Shown here: positions 10,816 through 23,705 of the stretch, one piece after another
Layout of the letters: each line of letters begins with the position of its first letter
Numbering within the stretch: position 1 is the stretch's first letter
Assembly (NCBI GenBank): GCA_000146045.2
Contig: BK006938.2
Location: 1,376,001-1,440,000, forward strand
Length of the DNA: 64,000 nt
Direction: 5' to 3'
Source: TPA_inf: Saccharomyces
Lineage: Eukaryota
Notes under the pieces: model-generated
What the model was told of the DNA's origin: nothing
Database searches by the model: none
The model's input: the letters and a program-made list of their open reading frames with translations, nothing else
Program-made: the position numbers and the translations under genes

Positions 10816-12375
10816 ATGCCCTCTACCACGCTACTGTTTCCGCAGAAACATATTAGGGCCATTCCAGGCAAGATATACGCGTTCTTCAGAGAGCTCGTCA
10901 GCGGAGTTATTATATCCAAGCCAGATCTAAGTCATCATTATTCTTGTGAAAATGCGACAAAGGAGGAAGGCAAAGATGCAGCAGATGAAGAAAAGACTAC
11001 CACAAGTTTGTTTCCCGAATCAAATAATATAGACCGTTCTTTAAATGGTGGCTGCTCTGTGATCCCTTGCTCCATGGATGTCAGCGATTTGAACACGCCA
11101 ATATCGATCACACTATCTCCTGAGAATCGTATCAAATCAGAAGTAAATGCCAAGTCACTGCTCGGATCAAGGCCAGAACAAGATACAGGCGCCCCTATCA
11201 AAATGTCTACTGGTGTCACAAGCTCTCCATTAAGTCCATCAGGCTCCACCCCAGAACATTCCACCAAGGTCTTGAACAACGGCGAAGAGGAGTTCATTTG
11301 TCACTACTGTGACGCTACTTTCAGGATTAGAGGATATCTAACGAGACATATTAAGAAGCACGCCATCGAAAAGGCGTATCACTGTCCATTTTTTAACAGT
11401 GCCACTCCTCCTGATCTTAGATGCCACAATTCGGGTGGTTTTAGCAGACGCGATACTTATAAAACTCATTTGAAGGCAAGGCACGTGCTGTACCCCAAAG
11501 GTGTTAAACCACAAGACCGTAACAAGTCGTCCGGCCATTGCGCTCAATGTGGTGAATACTTTTCCACCATTGAAAATTTCGTTGAGAATCACATTGAGTC
11601 TGGGGACTGTAAAGCTTTACCGCAGGGGTATACCAAGAAAAATGAAAAAAGATCTGGAAAATTAAGGAAGATCAAGACATCTAATGGTCATTCTAGATTC
11701 ATATCCACTTCGCAAAGTGTTGTAGAACCTAAAGTACTTTTCAACAAGGATGCCGTAGAGGCTATGACCATAGTGGCTAATAACAGTTCGGGCAATGATA
11801 TTATATCCAAGTACGGAAACAACAAATTAATGTTAAACTCGGAAAACTTTAAAGTCGACATACCCAAGAGAAAGAGAAAATATATCAAGAAAAAGCAGCA
11901 ACAGGTATCTGGATCGACGGTAACCACACCAGAGGTAGCTACACAAAACAATCAAGAAGTGGCACCTGATGAAATCTCATCCGCCACAATTTTTTCACCT
12001 TTTGATACTCATCTACTCGAGCCCGTCCCTTCTAGTTCATCGGAATCTTCCGCTGAAGTTATGTTCCATGGCAAGCAAATGAAGAATTTTTTGATTGACA
12101 TAAACAGCTTCACAAATCAACAGCAGCAGGCACAAGATAATCCTTCGTTCCTGCCACTCGATATTGAACAATCTTCATATGATTTGAGCGAAGACGCAAT
12201 GTCATATCCCATCATATCCACACAAAGCAACCGTGATTGCACGCAGTATGATAACACAAAAATCTCACAAATCTTACAATCACAACTAAATCCAGAATAT
12301 CTCAGCGAAAATCACATGAGAGAGACACAACAATATTTGAATTTTTACAATGACAACTTTGGGTCACAATTTTGA
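10816..12375 (+). CDS. STP1: C2H2 zinc-finger transcription factor activated by SPS amino-acid sensing, 519 aa.
   Basis: C2H2 fingers (FICHYCDATFRIRGYLTRHIKKH; HCPFF…). The N-terminus MPSTTLLFPQKHIRAIPGKIYAF carries the processing/regulatory region. The track ORF starts 58 codons upstream at 10642; the start was chosen to give 519 aa. Confidence 0.8.
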   Translation: MPSTTLLFPQKHIRAIPGKIYAFFRELVSGVIISKPDLSHHYSCENATKEEGKDAADEEKTTTSLFPESNNIDRSLNGGCSVIPCSMDVSDLNTPISITLSPENRIKSEVNAKSLLGSRPEQDTGAPIKMSTGVTSSPLSPSGSTPEHSTKVLNNGEEEFICHYCDATFRIRGYLTRHIKKHAIEKAYHCPFFNSATPPDLRCHNSGGFSRRDTYKTHLKARHVLYPKGVKPQDRNKSSGHCAQCGEYFSTIENFVENHIESGDCKALPQGYTKKNEKRSGKLRKIKTSNGHSRFISTSQSVVEPKVLFNKDAVEAMTIVANNSSGNDIISKYGNNKLMLNSENFKVDIPKRKRKYIKKKQQQVSGSTVTTPEVATQNNQEVAPDEISSATIFSPFDTHLLEPVPSSSSESSAEVMFHGKQMKNFLIDINSFTNQQQQAQDNPSFLPLDIEQSSYDLSEDAMSYPIISTQSNRDCTQYDNTKISQILQSQLNPEYLSENHMRETQQYLNFYNDNFGSQF

Positions 12376-12871
12376 TTAAATATAACACGGGATAAAAATA
12401 AGGGTATCATATTGGAAAGCCGATGGGTAAAAATTATTGAGTTAATAAATGGAGACAATATTAAAAATCAGGTAACAACAAATAAAAGGTTATAAATGTA
12501 CTGCTGTATACTATATAAAAACTTTTAGCATGACTAATTAATTTTCATACTACTATGTTAAATAAACCAAGTGATTGCAACACCAATATTTTATTATTGA
12601 TCTTCAGCGCATAGAGTCGATTCGTAGATATTATCACTTTTGACGTTTGTGATTTCTTTTTCATGATTGATTACCGATGATGCTATAACAAATAAAGGTC
12701 AAATTTTGAAAACAATGAAAAATAAGTAGTAAACAAATAAATGCACATTTATTGACACTAGTAGAGTGTAAGAGGAAAGTAATTTTTAGAACGCTTTATA
12801 CACCTCTATCATTTATTTTTTTTTTGGTAAAAAAAAAACAGTAAGGTGTTAACCATATATCATATTCTGCC

Positions 12872-15800
12872 ATGGCTTATGATGAAGATGATGGAGAGAT
12901 AAATTTTAATGAACTTGTGGGGAACTTACTAAGCTCACATAACCAAGAGGGACAAGAGGAAGGAGAAGTGCAAGGAGGAGAACAGGAAGGAGATGATTTT
13001 GAAAAAATATATCCTACCAGTGAAAATATAGAACCAAAGCATCCAGATGACAGCCAGCATATGCATAATTCTCCTGACCAGAATATCGAAATACCACATT
13101 TTGTCGACGAAGAAGATGAGCTAGTATCTGTCGTTGCAAATGCGGTTCAAAATATAGACGATGAGCAAGCCAAACCGGAAAATCATCTGGAAAATGGATC
13201 AGAACATGTAACATCGGATACAGCGGATGATAATCACGAAAAAGAACAACAGCAAGAATGGGCTCATATCTTACAGCAGGAAATATTAAAATCAGACGGA
13301 GAGCCCTTGCGGGAGAATACAGAAAGGCGTGTAAGCACTAGTCAGCACCATCCCTCTCAGCGTACTGATGACGCTCTCGACCAAGATGATGAAAATTTGA
13401 GGATGGCTATCCTAGAGTCTCTACAAGAATTAAACACAAATGAGGAGGAAGAGAAAGAGCCGGAAAAACATGAGCATGCTGCCCCGAATGATAAGTTGAG
13501 CAGCAAAAAATCTTCAAAGAAAAAGAAAAAAGATAAATCCAAGAACAGAGAATCATCAAAGGATAAATCCTCAAAGAAGAGTAAATCTTCGAGCCATTCC
13601 AAAAAGCATGCCAAAGACCGTAATAAAGAAAAGCAAAGTAAACCTACTAATAATGAAAATACCCTTGATTTAAGTAATATACTAGAAAATCTGATTCATG
13701 AAAATGACAATGCTGCAATAGACACTGCCAAACAAACAGTTGATATTCAAGATAACTCCCATACTGATAATACAAACAACGAAGATGTGGAAGCGCAAGC
13801 TTTAGTGGAAGCGACACTAAAAGCATTTGAAAACGAGCTGCTAAGCTCTGCGCCAACCGAGGAGCCTTCACAAGAACAGTCGATTGGGCCTGTATCTTCT
13901 AGAAAAGCAGTTGAACCACCACGAAAACCGACTGCAGACGATATTCCATTGGCTATGTTACAGGCTTTTAAACCGAAAAAGAGGCCTCCTCAAGAGAAGA
14001 AAAAAACAAAAAGTAAGACATCCAAGGCTGCATCTACAGCAAATAAATCACCTGCATCTGAATCTACCTCCAAGAAAAAGAAAAAGAAGAAAACTGTAAA
14101 GGAAAGTAATAAATCTCAAGAAGCTTACGAAGATGATGAATTTTCCAGAATATTAGCCGATATGGTTAACCAAGTGGTTAACACTTCATTAAAAGAAACA
14201 TCAACGCATACTGCCACACAGGATAATAAATTAGAAAGCGAAAGTGATTTTACTTCCCCTGTACAAAGTCAATATACTACTGAGGATGCAAGCACAGCTA
14301 ATGATGACTCGCTTGACTTGAATCAAATCATGCAAAACGCAATGGCTATGGTTTTTCAAAATCAAAACGACGATGAATTTGATGAGAACATTGTTGAAGA
14401 CTTTAATCGTGGTTTAGGCGATCTGAGTGTTTCCGATTTACTGCCGCATGATAACCTTTCTAGGATGGAAAAGAAATCGGTGCCTAAAAGTTCGAGCAAA
14501 TCTGAAAAGAAAACAGCTATATCTAGGAGAGCTTCCAAAAAGGCATCTAGAGATGCCTCAAGTGTAGAATTGACTGAAGTACCTTCAAAACCGAAGAAAC
14601 CTTCCAAGACAGAAGTATCTTTAGAAAAGAAGTTACGCAAAAAATACGTCTCTATTGCCAACGAGGCTGCATCTGTGGCTAGAAAGAAAAGATGGGCTAA
14701 AAACAAAGAACTAAAGGAGAAAGAGAAACTTGAACGCCAAACTGCCAGAGAGGAAAGGAGACATAAAAAAAAACTAGAGAAGCAGAGGTTGGCTGAAGAA
14801 CAAGAGGAACTGAAAAAAATTGTTGAACGAGGTCCACCTTATCCCCCAGATTTAAGACTAACTAAAAGCGGTAAACCAAAAAAACCATACAGAAGATGGA
14901 CTCCGGAAGAGCTACTGAAACGATCACAGGAAGCTGAAAAACCGAGGAAGGTGAAAAAGGAAAGAAAGAAAAAGGAAAAGAAAATGAAGGTACCTTCATC
15001 TGCTTTGAAGAAAATTCCTCTCTTCAACTTTGTAAAGGGTAATGTTCAGCCAAGTGCAAGACATCGTCTGAATGACATTGAAGGTTCGCTATCCACTATT
15101 GGATTACATAAATCGCCTGACGGTGTCCGCAGGATTCTTTCGAGACCAAAGAGTGAAGATCACGAATGGCCCCTATCAGATTCATCTGCATCTCAAAATT
15201 ACGATGCACACCTAAAAACTGTAGTGCATAAAGAAAAAATTCCTTTCCATCCCCCATGGACTATACCGTCTCAACCACCATTTGCACTACCCGTAGCTAG
15301 AAGAAAGAAAATACCAAATATCAAAAAGTATAGAAAGAGAACCAATAATTCTTTTCGTGTCTCCAAAGAAGGTACGGCAAGTACTAGGAACAGAATTTTA
15401 CCGGCCATATTACTACCGATAATAAATACATTAAAAGCTGCTGCAAAATCGCAAACAGCTGCTGGCGCCACACCTGAGGAGGCAAGGAAACGGCTGGCAA
15501 CCATTATTCAACATGCCAAGTCTACAGTTATTAGGGCAGCTTTACAAGCAAGGAAAAACAGTATGCAAGCCGCTCATTCTAAGGGAACTACCACAGAACT
15601 GGCAACAACTGCGTCTCGAATGAAGAATCCGCTGAAAATGATTCCTATTTTCAATACATCTCGAGTGAAACAACAATTAGACAAACAATTACCGGCCAGA
15701 AGTGCAGGAACAGAAATCAGCAGCTCTGAATCCCCTGATAAAGCCACGCCCGATCCCCACTCTAATTCTACAATCGCTGGGCATACTTTAAAGGGCGTTA

Positions 15801-17179
15801 CTACGCCAATTAAAATAGAAGACAGCGATGCGAATGTTCCTCCTGTTAGTATAGCGGTTTCAACTATAGAACCATCACAAGATAAACTAGAACTTACGAA
15901 GAGGGCAGAGAGCGTAGAACCTGTGGAAAATAATGTTGAAACAGCGAAAGAAACCCAAAGCGTACAAGAAATTAAGGAGAATGTCGGTACCAAGGCTTCT
16001 GAGGAAGTTACTCTAACTGAAGACAAGACAAATGGGGATCCAAAAAATGAAAAGAGGATATTAATTGAATCTCCTGTCGAAAAAACGGATAAAAAGAAGC
16101 CAGGTGAGAAAATTGCTACAGATTTGAATGAAGATGCGAGCCTGTCTGATAAGAAAGATGGAGATGAAAAGTCTACATTGCATTCTGATGCAGCCCAACT
16201 TACGGGTAATGAACCAGACAGTGTAAACACGACAACAGGAAAGCCCAAATTAATTGATGTTTCTCTCAAACCGTTAAATGAAGCAAAACCAAAAATTCCC
16301 ATCATATTTCCCTTAAAAAGACCGCAAATTAAGCCTGAAGTTAGCGTTATTAATTTAGTTCAAAATTTGGTAAATACCAAAATACCCGAAATAAAGAATG
16401 AATCCGTTGATTTGGGAAGTAATATCACCGACATTCTTTCCTCTACTATCACTAATATTCTGCCCGAAATCACAGCCACTGATGTTAAAAACTACCAGTA
16501 TGAAGATGAAAACGTAAAATACCTGAAAAAAACACCAAGACAGGTTTTGAATTTGGATGGACTAGTGCCTCCATCGGGTAGATGTATTACCAAAGCTAAA
16601 CGTGTCCGCCGCATTAAAAAGCTTTCTGCTGACGCCACTACCGCACCGGAAGCCGATGGAAAGGCAAACAGCGAATCCATTACTTACACATTCGATATAC
16701 CATCTCCAGAAGAGGTACAAAGTAAGCGTAGTGTAGTCCTAAAATTTGCCAAGGCTAGATTGACCGAGGCGGAGTTGAGTTGTCTAAAGAAGGAGATTAA
16801 CAATGTGAGGAAACGGAGATGGAGAGAGATGAACTCCACCAAGAACTGGGAATATGACGTAAAGTCTAGATTAAAAAAGCGTGCGAACGCATTTTTTGGG
16901 GAAGGAGAATCAGAAACGAAGTCTAAATGGATCGAAGAAAGATTTCAAGAAAAGGTAAGTCAAGAAAAGTACAAGGATCGCCTTGAAACTACTGAGACGC
17001 AAGCAAACAACACGAAGATTGTGATTGACGACAAGGAGATTTTGAATATTCTTGCGGTAAACATGAATAACCTTAACAAAGCACGCTGTATTGAAAAAGA
17101 TATTCAAGAGTCGTTCAGGGAGGAGAAGTTAGCCTCTTTACAACCAAAGAAGAAGAGAAAGAAAAGCATTTTACACTGA
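12872..17179 (+). CDS. SPP41: Large charged low-complexity protein (K/S/E-rich) implicated in negative regulation of PRP3/PRP4 expression, 1435 aa.
   Basis: Uninterrupted 1435-codon ORF matching the known length. Lysine runs are encoded by AAG/AAA-rich DNA. Confidence 0.85.
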
Positions 17180-17335
17180 GGTGTTACTAGACATAATTTA
17201 GTTCATATGTCCATTTCTGCATAATCATATATACTTAAAGTAGCAAATGTATATAGTTTTTTCTTCCGATTTTCGAAACTAATATTAGTATTGGAAATCG
17301 GCCCCTGCCATTGTGCAATTTACATTATTCTATAA

Positions 17336-18574
17336 TTAAGCAAACGTGATACGTGGATGGTAATAATAGTTACAGTTAAAGTAAGACCGCTTAACATCAT
17401 TCCAATCTGGCAATTGCTCGTCAAGAGAATATCTGGTGTAATCGCATTTCATACCATATGTAGCAACATCGATCTCAACAATTTCTTTATATACATCGTA
17501 ACACAACGATCTGTCAGCGCCTAATCCGTTGAAAAATGAGAAAACGCCTTCTGGTTTAATTAAACCTACCACGACATCGTATAAGTCCAATATGTCTTGG
17601 TAGTGCTCGCTAAATGTATCATAATAAATACCATCAAAGAAAACTTCACCTTTGTCTAATAAATTATTCAACGTATCTTGCCATCTTCCCTCTAAAATAA
17701 CCACATTATCCTTTTCATACCAACCATCCATTTTCATCTTGGCCAAAACATCTGGATGAGCTTCGCAAATATAGTGACGATATGGTTTTCGAGCTTGGAT
17801 GAATGTATCGATGATCCCCATTCCAAATCCAATGTTTAAGATCGTAGCAGAATTAGTGGCCTCTGGATCAGGAAATAAGGTTTCGGAAGCAAGTTCCATA
17901 ATCTTGGTTTCCCAATCCATCATAACACCGTCCTTATTTTCCTTTGTGATAAGCGCATCGTCTTTGTACTCTAGTTCTGTTTTTAAGTACACTTGTTGAT
18001 TTGCCGCGGTAGCATCGTCATCACTACCAACTGATTCTTCTTTTTGACCATCAACTGCTGTTTGAACGCTTTCCTCAGGCTCGATACCTATTAGTTCATC
18101 TGTATCCAAGAATTCGACGTCGCCACCATTGAGTTTTCTCAGTAATAATTCAGCAGACACACCAGCTTCCACGAGCCGTCTATAAAGAGGGCTCTCCCTA
18201 CTTTGATTTCTCTCTAAAAACAAATCACCCACTGTTTTGTCCTCGTAGTCAATAAAATTCCATCCAGCCCCATACTCAAAAAGAATATTCATCATATCCA
18301 TCACCACTTGCAGTTCCTCATCCTTGATATCCAAGGGTAGCGATCTTGCTAAAACGTGTAACGGCGTTGTGTTTGAGGTTTTATTGTCGTCAGTGCTCTC
18401 TCTGAATTCCTTATCCCCGTTCCTGTTCTTTTCCTCATGCTCGAAGGCTGCGACCTGCTCCAAAGTATATGTAGCCGGTATACCAGATTTTAAGAAATGC
18501 TGCAGTTTTGGTACATAGTAACTTTGAGAAATGGGCCTCTCTGGGAAAGTAAGCAAAGCATGTAATTCTGACAT
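17336..18574 (-). CDS. RMT2: Protein arginine N-methyltransferase (delta-N methylation of Rpl12) with a SAM-dependent MTase fold, 412 aa.
   Basis: Length and position (YDR465C) match. Rossmann-like MTase core in the C-terminal half (ILNIGFGMGIIDT). Confidence 0.8.
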   Translation of the reverse strand: MSELHALLTFPERPISQSYYVPKLQHFLKSGIPATYTLEQVAAFEHEEKNRNGDKEFRESTDDNKTSNTTPLHVLARSLPLDIKDEELQVVMDMMNILFEYGAGWNFIDYEDKTVGDLFLERNQSRESPLYRRLVEAGVSAELLLRKLNGGDVEFLDTDELIGIEPEESVQTAVDGQKEESVGSDDDATAANQQVYLKTELEYKDDALITKENKDGVMMDWETKIMELASETLFPDPEATNSATILNIGFGMGIIDTFIQARKPYRHYICEAHPDVLAKMKMDGWYEKDNVVILEGRWQDTLNNLLDKGEVFFDGIYYDTFSEHYQDILDLYDVVVGLIKPEGVFSFFNGLGADRSLCYDVYKEIVEIDVATYGMKCDYTRYSLDEQLPDWNDVKRSYFNCNYYYHPRITFA

Positions 18575-19120
18575 ACTTGAATATATTAAAAGTCCTTGGT
18601 GTAAACACCTAGCCGTTGCAACTGCTGGGTATTGTCAATGTCATTTTGCTTTACGCTTAGCTTAAAATGAGATGAGATGAGCTTTGAAAAATTTTAGAAA
18701 AAGAAAGGTGCCATCGATTCTCGCCGAAAAAGGAAAAGAATCGTTATAATCCTTCGAATCCTATATACACTAAACAAATATCTGCATTGGTCAACCCCAA
18801 GCACACGTACTGATGACTAGAGATGATACTGAAAGTGTTAACAATATAACTTCCTTACTCGCAGCTAATGTCACATATTGAGGTAACAATGGATCGAAAC
18901 AATTTTCATGCTTACCCGCGCGGTGATTTCTTGGTAGCGAAGGGGTTTTCATGAAGGCAGCAGAAGAGAGGTACATTGATTTGAAAGTGTGAGGAAACAG
19001 AATAATAGTGCCTAAAGCCTAACCCAAGCAAGTAAGCAGTTCTTCCACGTCTTATCTATTCAGAGGCTGAAACAATTGAGTGAAAATTTAAAGAGTAGGT
19101 GTGGGACATTGGTATGACAT

Positions 19121-21817
19121 ATGACGTCTAGGAAAAGGTCTCCGCACGATTTCATATTTAAAGAGGAACTGGGCCATGGCTCTTACTCTACTGTGTTTAA
19201 AGCTCTAGATAAAAAAAGCCCGAATAAAATTTATGCCATTAAAGTTTGTTCGAAGAAACACATAATCAAAGAAGCTAAGGTAAAATATGTCACCATTGAA
19301 AAGAATACCATGAATTTGTTGGCACAAAAGCATCACGCGGGTATAATCAAACTATACTATACTTTTCACGATGAGGAAAATCTTTATTTTGTTTTGGATT
19401 TTGCCCCAGGTGGAGAACTACTTTCCTTATTGCACAAAATGGGTACTTTCAATGATATATGGACGCGTCATTTCACTGCACAGTTAATTGATGCATTAGA
19501 ATTTATCCATTCACATGGCATCATTCATAGAGACTTAAAACCGGAAAACGTCCTTTTAGACAGGGATGGTAGACTTATGATTACTGATTTTGGGGCCGCT
19601 GCCACCATAGACCCTAGTTTAAGCGGAGATTCGGCCAAGTTTAACTCTGACAGCAACGGCTCAAAAGACAACCAAAATTGCGCTTCCTTTGTTGGTACTG
19701 CCGAATATGTCTCTCCAGAGCTGCTTTTATACAACCAATGCGGTTATGGCTCAGATATATGGGCACTAGGTTGCATGATATATCAGTTTGTCCAAGGACA
19801 ACCGCCGTTTAGAGGGGAGAATGAGCTGAAGACATTTGAAAAAATCGTAGCATTAGATTATCCATGGGGACCCAATAACCGCATCAATAATAGCACATCA
19901 CCAATAAATCCCCTTGTAATAAACTTAGTACAAAAAATATTGGTGATAGAGGTCAATGAGAGAATCTCTCTCGAACAGATAAAAAGACACCCATATTTTT
20001 CAAAAGTAGATTGGAATGATAAAATCAAAATATGGAGAGGAATCTGGCAATCACAAGGACAATCGCTGCAACAAACTACTTTGGGACTCCCAAATATACC
20101 GCAGAATATACTACCCACCAGACAATTACATGTAATTGACACTCCAGCACGAAGTATACAAATCACAAAACAAAAACGTAAGAAACCAACGAAAATTTCC
20201 AACACTACTAGTAGCATAGTAGTATGGAGAAAAAGGCTTGGTATATCAACAGGTAAGGATGATTTAGGCACCGTACCGTCCACTACGCCTGCAGTGACCG
20301 CCCCTAATGATACCAATGTATTAACAAATACGGCGGCACATTCTACTGCAAATATTGCCTTACCGCCTAATTCACAATCCAATCAAGTCAAGCGAGCACA
20401 ACTAGTTGCACCAAATAGAATACCTCCCAAAGTACCGGTAATTAATGACAACGTGAGAAATAAGTCAATTCCGCGCACAAAGCCTAATGTGCCACCTTTG
20501 CAAACATCATCAATACCACAAAAGTTGTCAACATCGTCAGCATCGTCAGCTCTATCGGCGCCGTCAACAGAGATAAGGAACCAGGACTTAACACACACTT
20601 TAGATGGAAGAAACTCAATTGATATTCATGTTTTAAAACAAGACTACGTCTTCATTTATGGCATTCCATATGAACACGAAGGGCCTGCTATGTCTTTGAA
20701 CAGCTACAATAAGATCGATAATGATTTAATTACGTCACTAGTTGCGCAGCATAAAGAAGAATTAAAAAACTCAGAGTCGTTTTTACAGGTATTGACTTTG
20801 AAGAAGAGCGGAATGTTAAGTTACAAAAACACAGTTATGGAGGGAAATGATGATCAAGAAAACAAAGAACACCAGATGGCTAATATAGAAGATACAGACT
20901 TGTCCATGTACGATTTTGAATTCAATGAGTTGACAAGGAAGGGTTTTTTAATCCTGGAAAAATATAAGAATAGAATATGGTTTATCTCGCTACCTTCATA
21001 TTCAACGTTATCCAAAATACCATTCAATGCCGTGAAGTCTTCGACAATAAATAACAATGAAAATTGGGTCGATTGCTTTTTCAGAGCAAGACAACTACTA
21101 GAAGAAAAGCAAATTCTTGATAAAATCAGTAACGTTTCCTTTGATAGTAAGGCATCGAGTGAACCATCATCACCTCCGCCTATTTCAAGAAAAGAGCGGC
21201 CTCTGAGTATAGGAAATAATGTAACAACACTCAGCTATACTGCAAAAAATGGAAGCCAGAACAATGCACCACAAAACGATAATGTTGGAGAAGAAAAACC
21301 TTTTCGCATACCTAGTAGTACCAAGGATAGGCCCGGTGCAAATTCCACTCCTTCTTCAAGACATCCTAGGGTTTTGTCAAGCAATAACGCTGGTGAAACT
21401 CCGAAAAAAATGAATGGAAGATTACCAAATAGTGCACCTTCTACCAATACATATACCAACGGTTCGGTCCCAGCTTTTAATCATAGGCCTTCTACTAATG
21501 TAGGGAACAATAAGCATAATATTTTAACTTCGAAGAAGCAGGGATCATCCGTATTTTCTCCTTCATCTTCTACGACCAAGCCTCAAATCAAAACAACAGG
21601 ATATCGACAGCCAACACCTTCACCTCCACTTCCGCAAATGGAATTCCCAACTACGAGAGAAAAGTATTCTGCTCCTTCTAACATGGTGATCAGTAGCAGC
21701 AGATACGAGGTCTTACATACCCTTAATAACAGCCAAACAAACTTTGATAGGGAAATTGCTAGTAGGGGTGCCTCAGCAGCATTTAGAAGTTTACAGAAGA
21801 GTAAGAAAAAAAAATAA
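19121..21817 (+). CDS. PKH3: PDK1-like Ser/Thr protein kinase, 898 aa, with an N-terminal kinase domain and a long S/T/N-rich tail.
   Basis: Kinase subdomains: GHGSYSTV, AIK, HRDLKPEN, DFG, SPE. Clear similarity to the PKH1 kinase domain in the same window. Confidence 0.85.
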   Translation: MTSRKRSPHDFIFKEELGHGSYSTVFKALDKKSPNKIYAIKVCSKKHIIKEAKVKYVTIEKNTMNLLAQKHHAGIIKLYYTFHDEENLYFVLDFAPGGELLSLLHKMGTFNDIWTRHFTAQLIDALEFIHSHGIIHRDLKPENVLLDRDGRLMITDFGAAATIDPSLSGDSAKFNSDSNGSKDNQNCASFVGTAEYVSPELLLYNQCGYGSDIWALGCMIYQFVQGQPPFRGENELKTFEKIVALDYPWGPNNRINNSTSPINPLVINLVQKILVIEVNERISLEQIKRHPYFSKVDWNDKIKIWRGIWQSQGQSLQQTTLGLPNIPQNILPTRQLHVIDTPARSIQITKQKRKKPTKISNTTSSIVVWRKRLGISTGKDDLGTVPSTTPAVTAPNDTNVLTNTAAHSTANIALPPNSQSNQVKRAQLVAPNRIPPKVPVINDNVRNKSIPRTKPNVPPLQTSSIPQKLSTSSASSALSAPSTEIRNQDLTHTLDGRNSIDIHVLKQDYVFIYGIPYEHEGPAMSLNSYNKIDNDLITSLVAQHKEELKNSESFLQVLTLKKSGMLSYKNTVMEGNDDQENKEHQMANIEDTDLSMYDFEFNELTRKGFLILEKYKNRIWFISLPSYSTLSKIPFNAVKSSTINNNENWVDCFFRARQLLEEKQILDKISNVSFDSKASSEPSSPPPISRKERPLSIGNNVTTLSYTAKNGSQNNAPQNDNVGEEKPFRIPSSTKDRPGANSTPSSRHPRVLSSNNAGETPKKMNGRLPNSAPSTNTYTNGSVPAFNHRPSTNVGNNKHNILTSKKQGSSVFSPSSSTTKPQIKTTGYRQPTPSPPLPQMEFPTTREKYSAPSNMVISSSRYEVLHTLNNSQTNFDREIASRGASAAFRSLQKSKKKK

Positions 21818-22025
21818 CACGCTTTAATAATATTTGTGGTTCCTCTACTTCGAAACAAAAAAATATGCACGAGTTGTTGACGATCCAGAAAAACCAACAT
21901 ATAAATCATATCCAAACCCTTGTAGCATTAATATCCGTATCACTTATGTATTCAGAATGCATGTATTTTATATATGCCCAGTATATCTTCGATTGAAGCT
22001 CTTCGGCATTAGTGCATTGTATTTT

Positions 22026-22703
<678 letters not shown>

Positions 22704-23014
22704 TTAAAGAAAGGATCTTAGCAATACAATTTTACAGTTAAACGTCTTTCACGTTTACTTCAGTTACAGGGAAAACGTAGAAATTAAAATGTTCACAAAC
22801 CTTGTCAGAAAGACAGCAAATATAATTTTAGTATATGTTCTGTGTTGTGTGCTTCGAATTGTCCTATCTTCTGATATTTACTACTTTATGTCGTAGGTTC
22901 GAATATCTCGTGGATAATTAAAAACTCGATAAAAAAAGAAAAACAGATGGTGATCCAAACAAAAAAAAGCCTTCATAAGCAGGTTCTCTTAAGAGAATTA
23001 GGGAAACCTATACA

Positions 23015-23542
23015 ATGAATGAAAGTGAGAATAGTCCCCAACATAATGAAGTTACGGTTCCTATGGTAGAGGATACTTCAAGTAATGCTGATATTCCAAT
23101 GGAGCAAATTCAACGCGAAGACAATAAGAACTACGATAAACATGACAATGAATGCTTCGATATGAATGGCAATCACAATAATAACTCTGATAACTTACAA
23201 TTTGACAGTGTACCATCTTCTGCAACGAAAGATTTGAAAAACATCAAAAGTGTCACCAACCAAAATGTAAAAATAGAAGAATCGAGTAGCACAAATTCAG
23301 TCATTGAAGAGTCATCTGAACCTAAAATATCAAAATTAGAAAATGTGAACCTTGCCGCGACGGTAGGTGGTTCACAAACTAGAAAATACCTGAATACAAA
23401 TGTGACACCGCATTTATTAGCGGGCATGAGGCTCATAGCCGTACAACAACCAGAAGATCCGTTACGTGTTTTAGGTGAATATCTAATCGAGCAGAGCAAT
23501 ATACTGAAGAGTGGAGAAAAAGAGAGTAATGCTAGTAAATGA
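23015..23542 (+). CDS. SDC1: COMPASS (Set1C) subunit with a C-terminal Dpy-30 dimerisation motif, 175 aa.
   Basis: C-terminal Dpy-30-like helix (PEDPLRVLGEYLIEQSN). Length matches. Confidence 0.8.
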   Translation: MNESENSPQHNEVTVPMVEDTSSNADIPMEQIQREDNKNYDKHDNECFDMNGNHNNNSDNLQFDSVPSSATKDLKNIKSVTNQNVKIEESSSTNSVIEESSEPKISKLENVNLAATVGGSQTRKYLNTNVTPHLLAGMRLIAVQQPEDPLRVLGEYLIEQSNILKSGEKESNASK

Positions 23543-23705
23543 TAACCATAATTATATAAATATACATGTGTATTTATTTTTCCTTACTATTAAACCTTTG
23601 GATATAGACAAGTGGTGGAGGAAAATTGGATACAAAAATTGTGGAGAAAAAGGGCCACTGGAATACCATGGGCGAACATAAAAAAAAATGGGGGACTATC
23701 CCAGT

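Noticed and set aside
15574-16305. 243-aa Ser/Val-rich ORF antisense to SPP41. Similar antisense ORFs occur at 49649-50512 inside VPS72, at 31888-32292 and other sites inside JIP4, and at 8215-8703 inside TFB3.
   Set aside because: These are mirror-image ORFs created by low-complexity, purine-rich coding sequence on the other strand. They have no start context or domain features.
21583-21915. 108-110 aa ORF on the minus strand overlapping the PKH3 3' end (corresponds to dubious YDR467C).
   Set aside because: It overlaps a well-supported gene, is hydrophobic and low-complexity, and has no features. It is classed as dubious.
22896-22904. GGTTCGAAT (tRNA T-loop/B-box-like) in the TLG1/SDC1 divergent promoter.
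   Set aside because: No upstream A-box (TRGCNNAGTGG), no acceptor-stem complementarity and no cloverleaf can be drawn. It is an isolated 9-mer.
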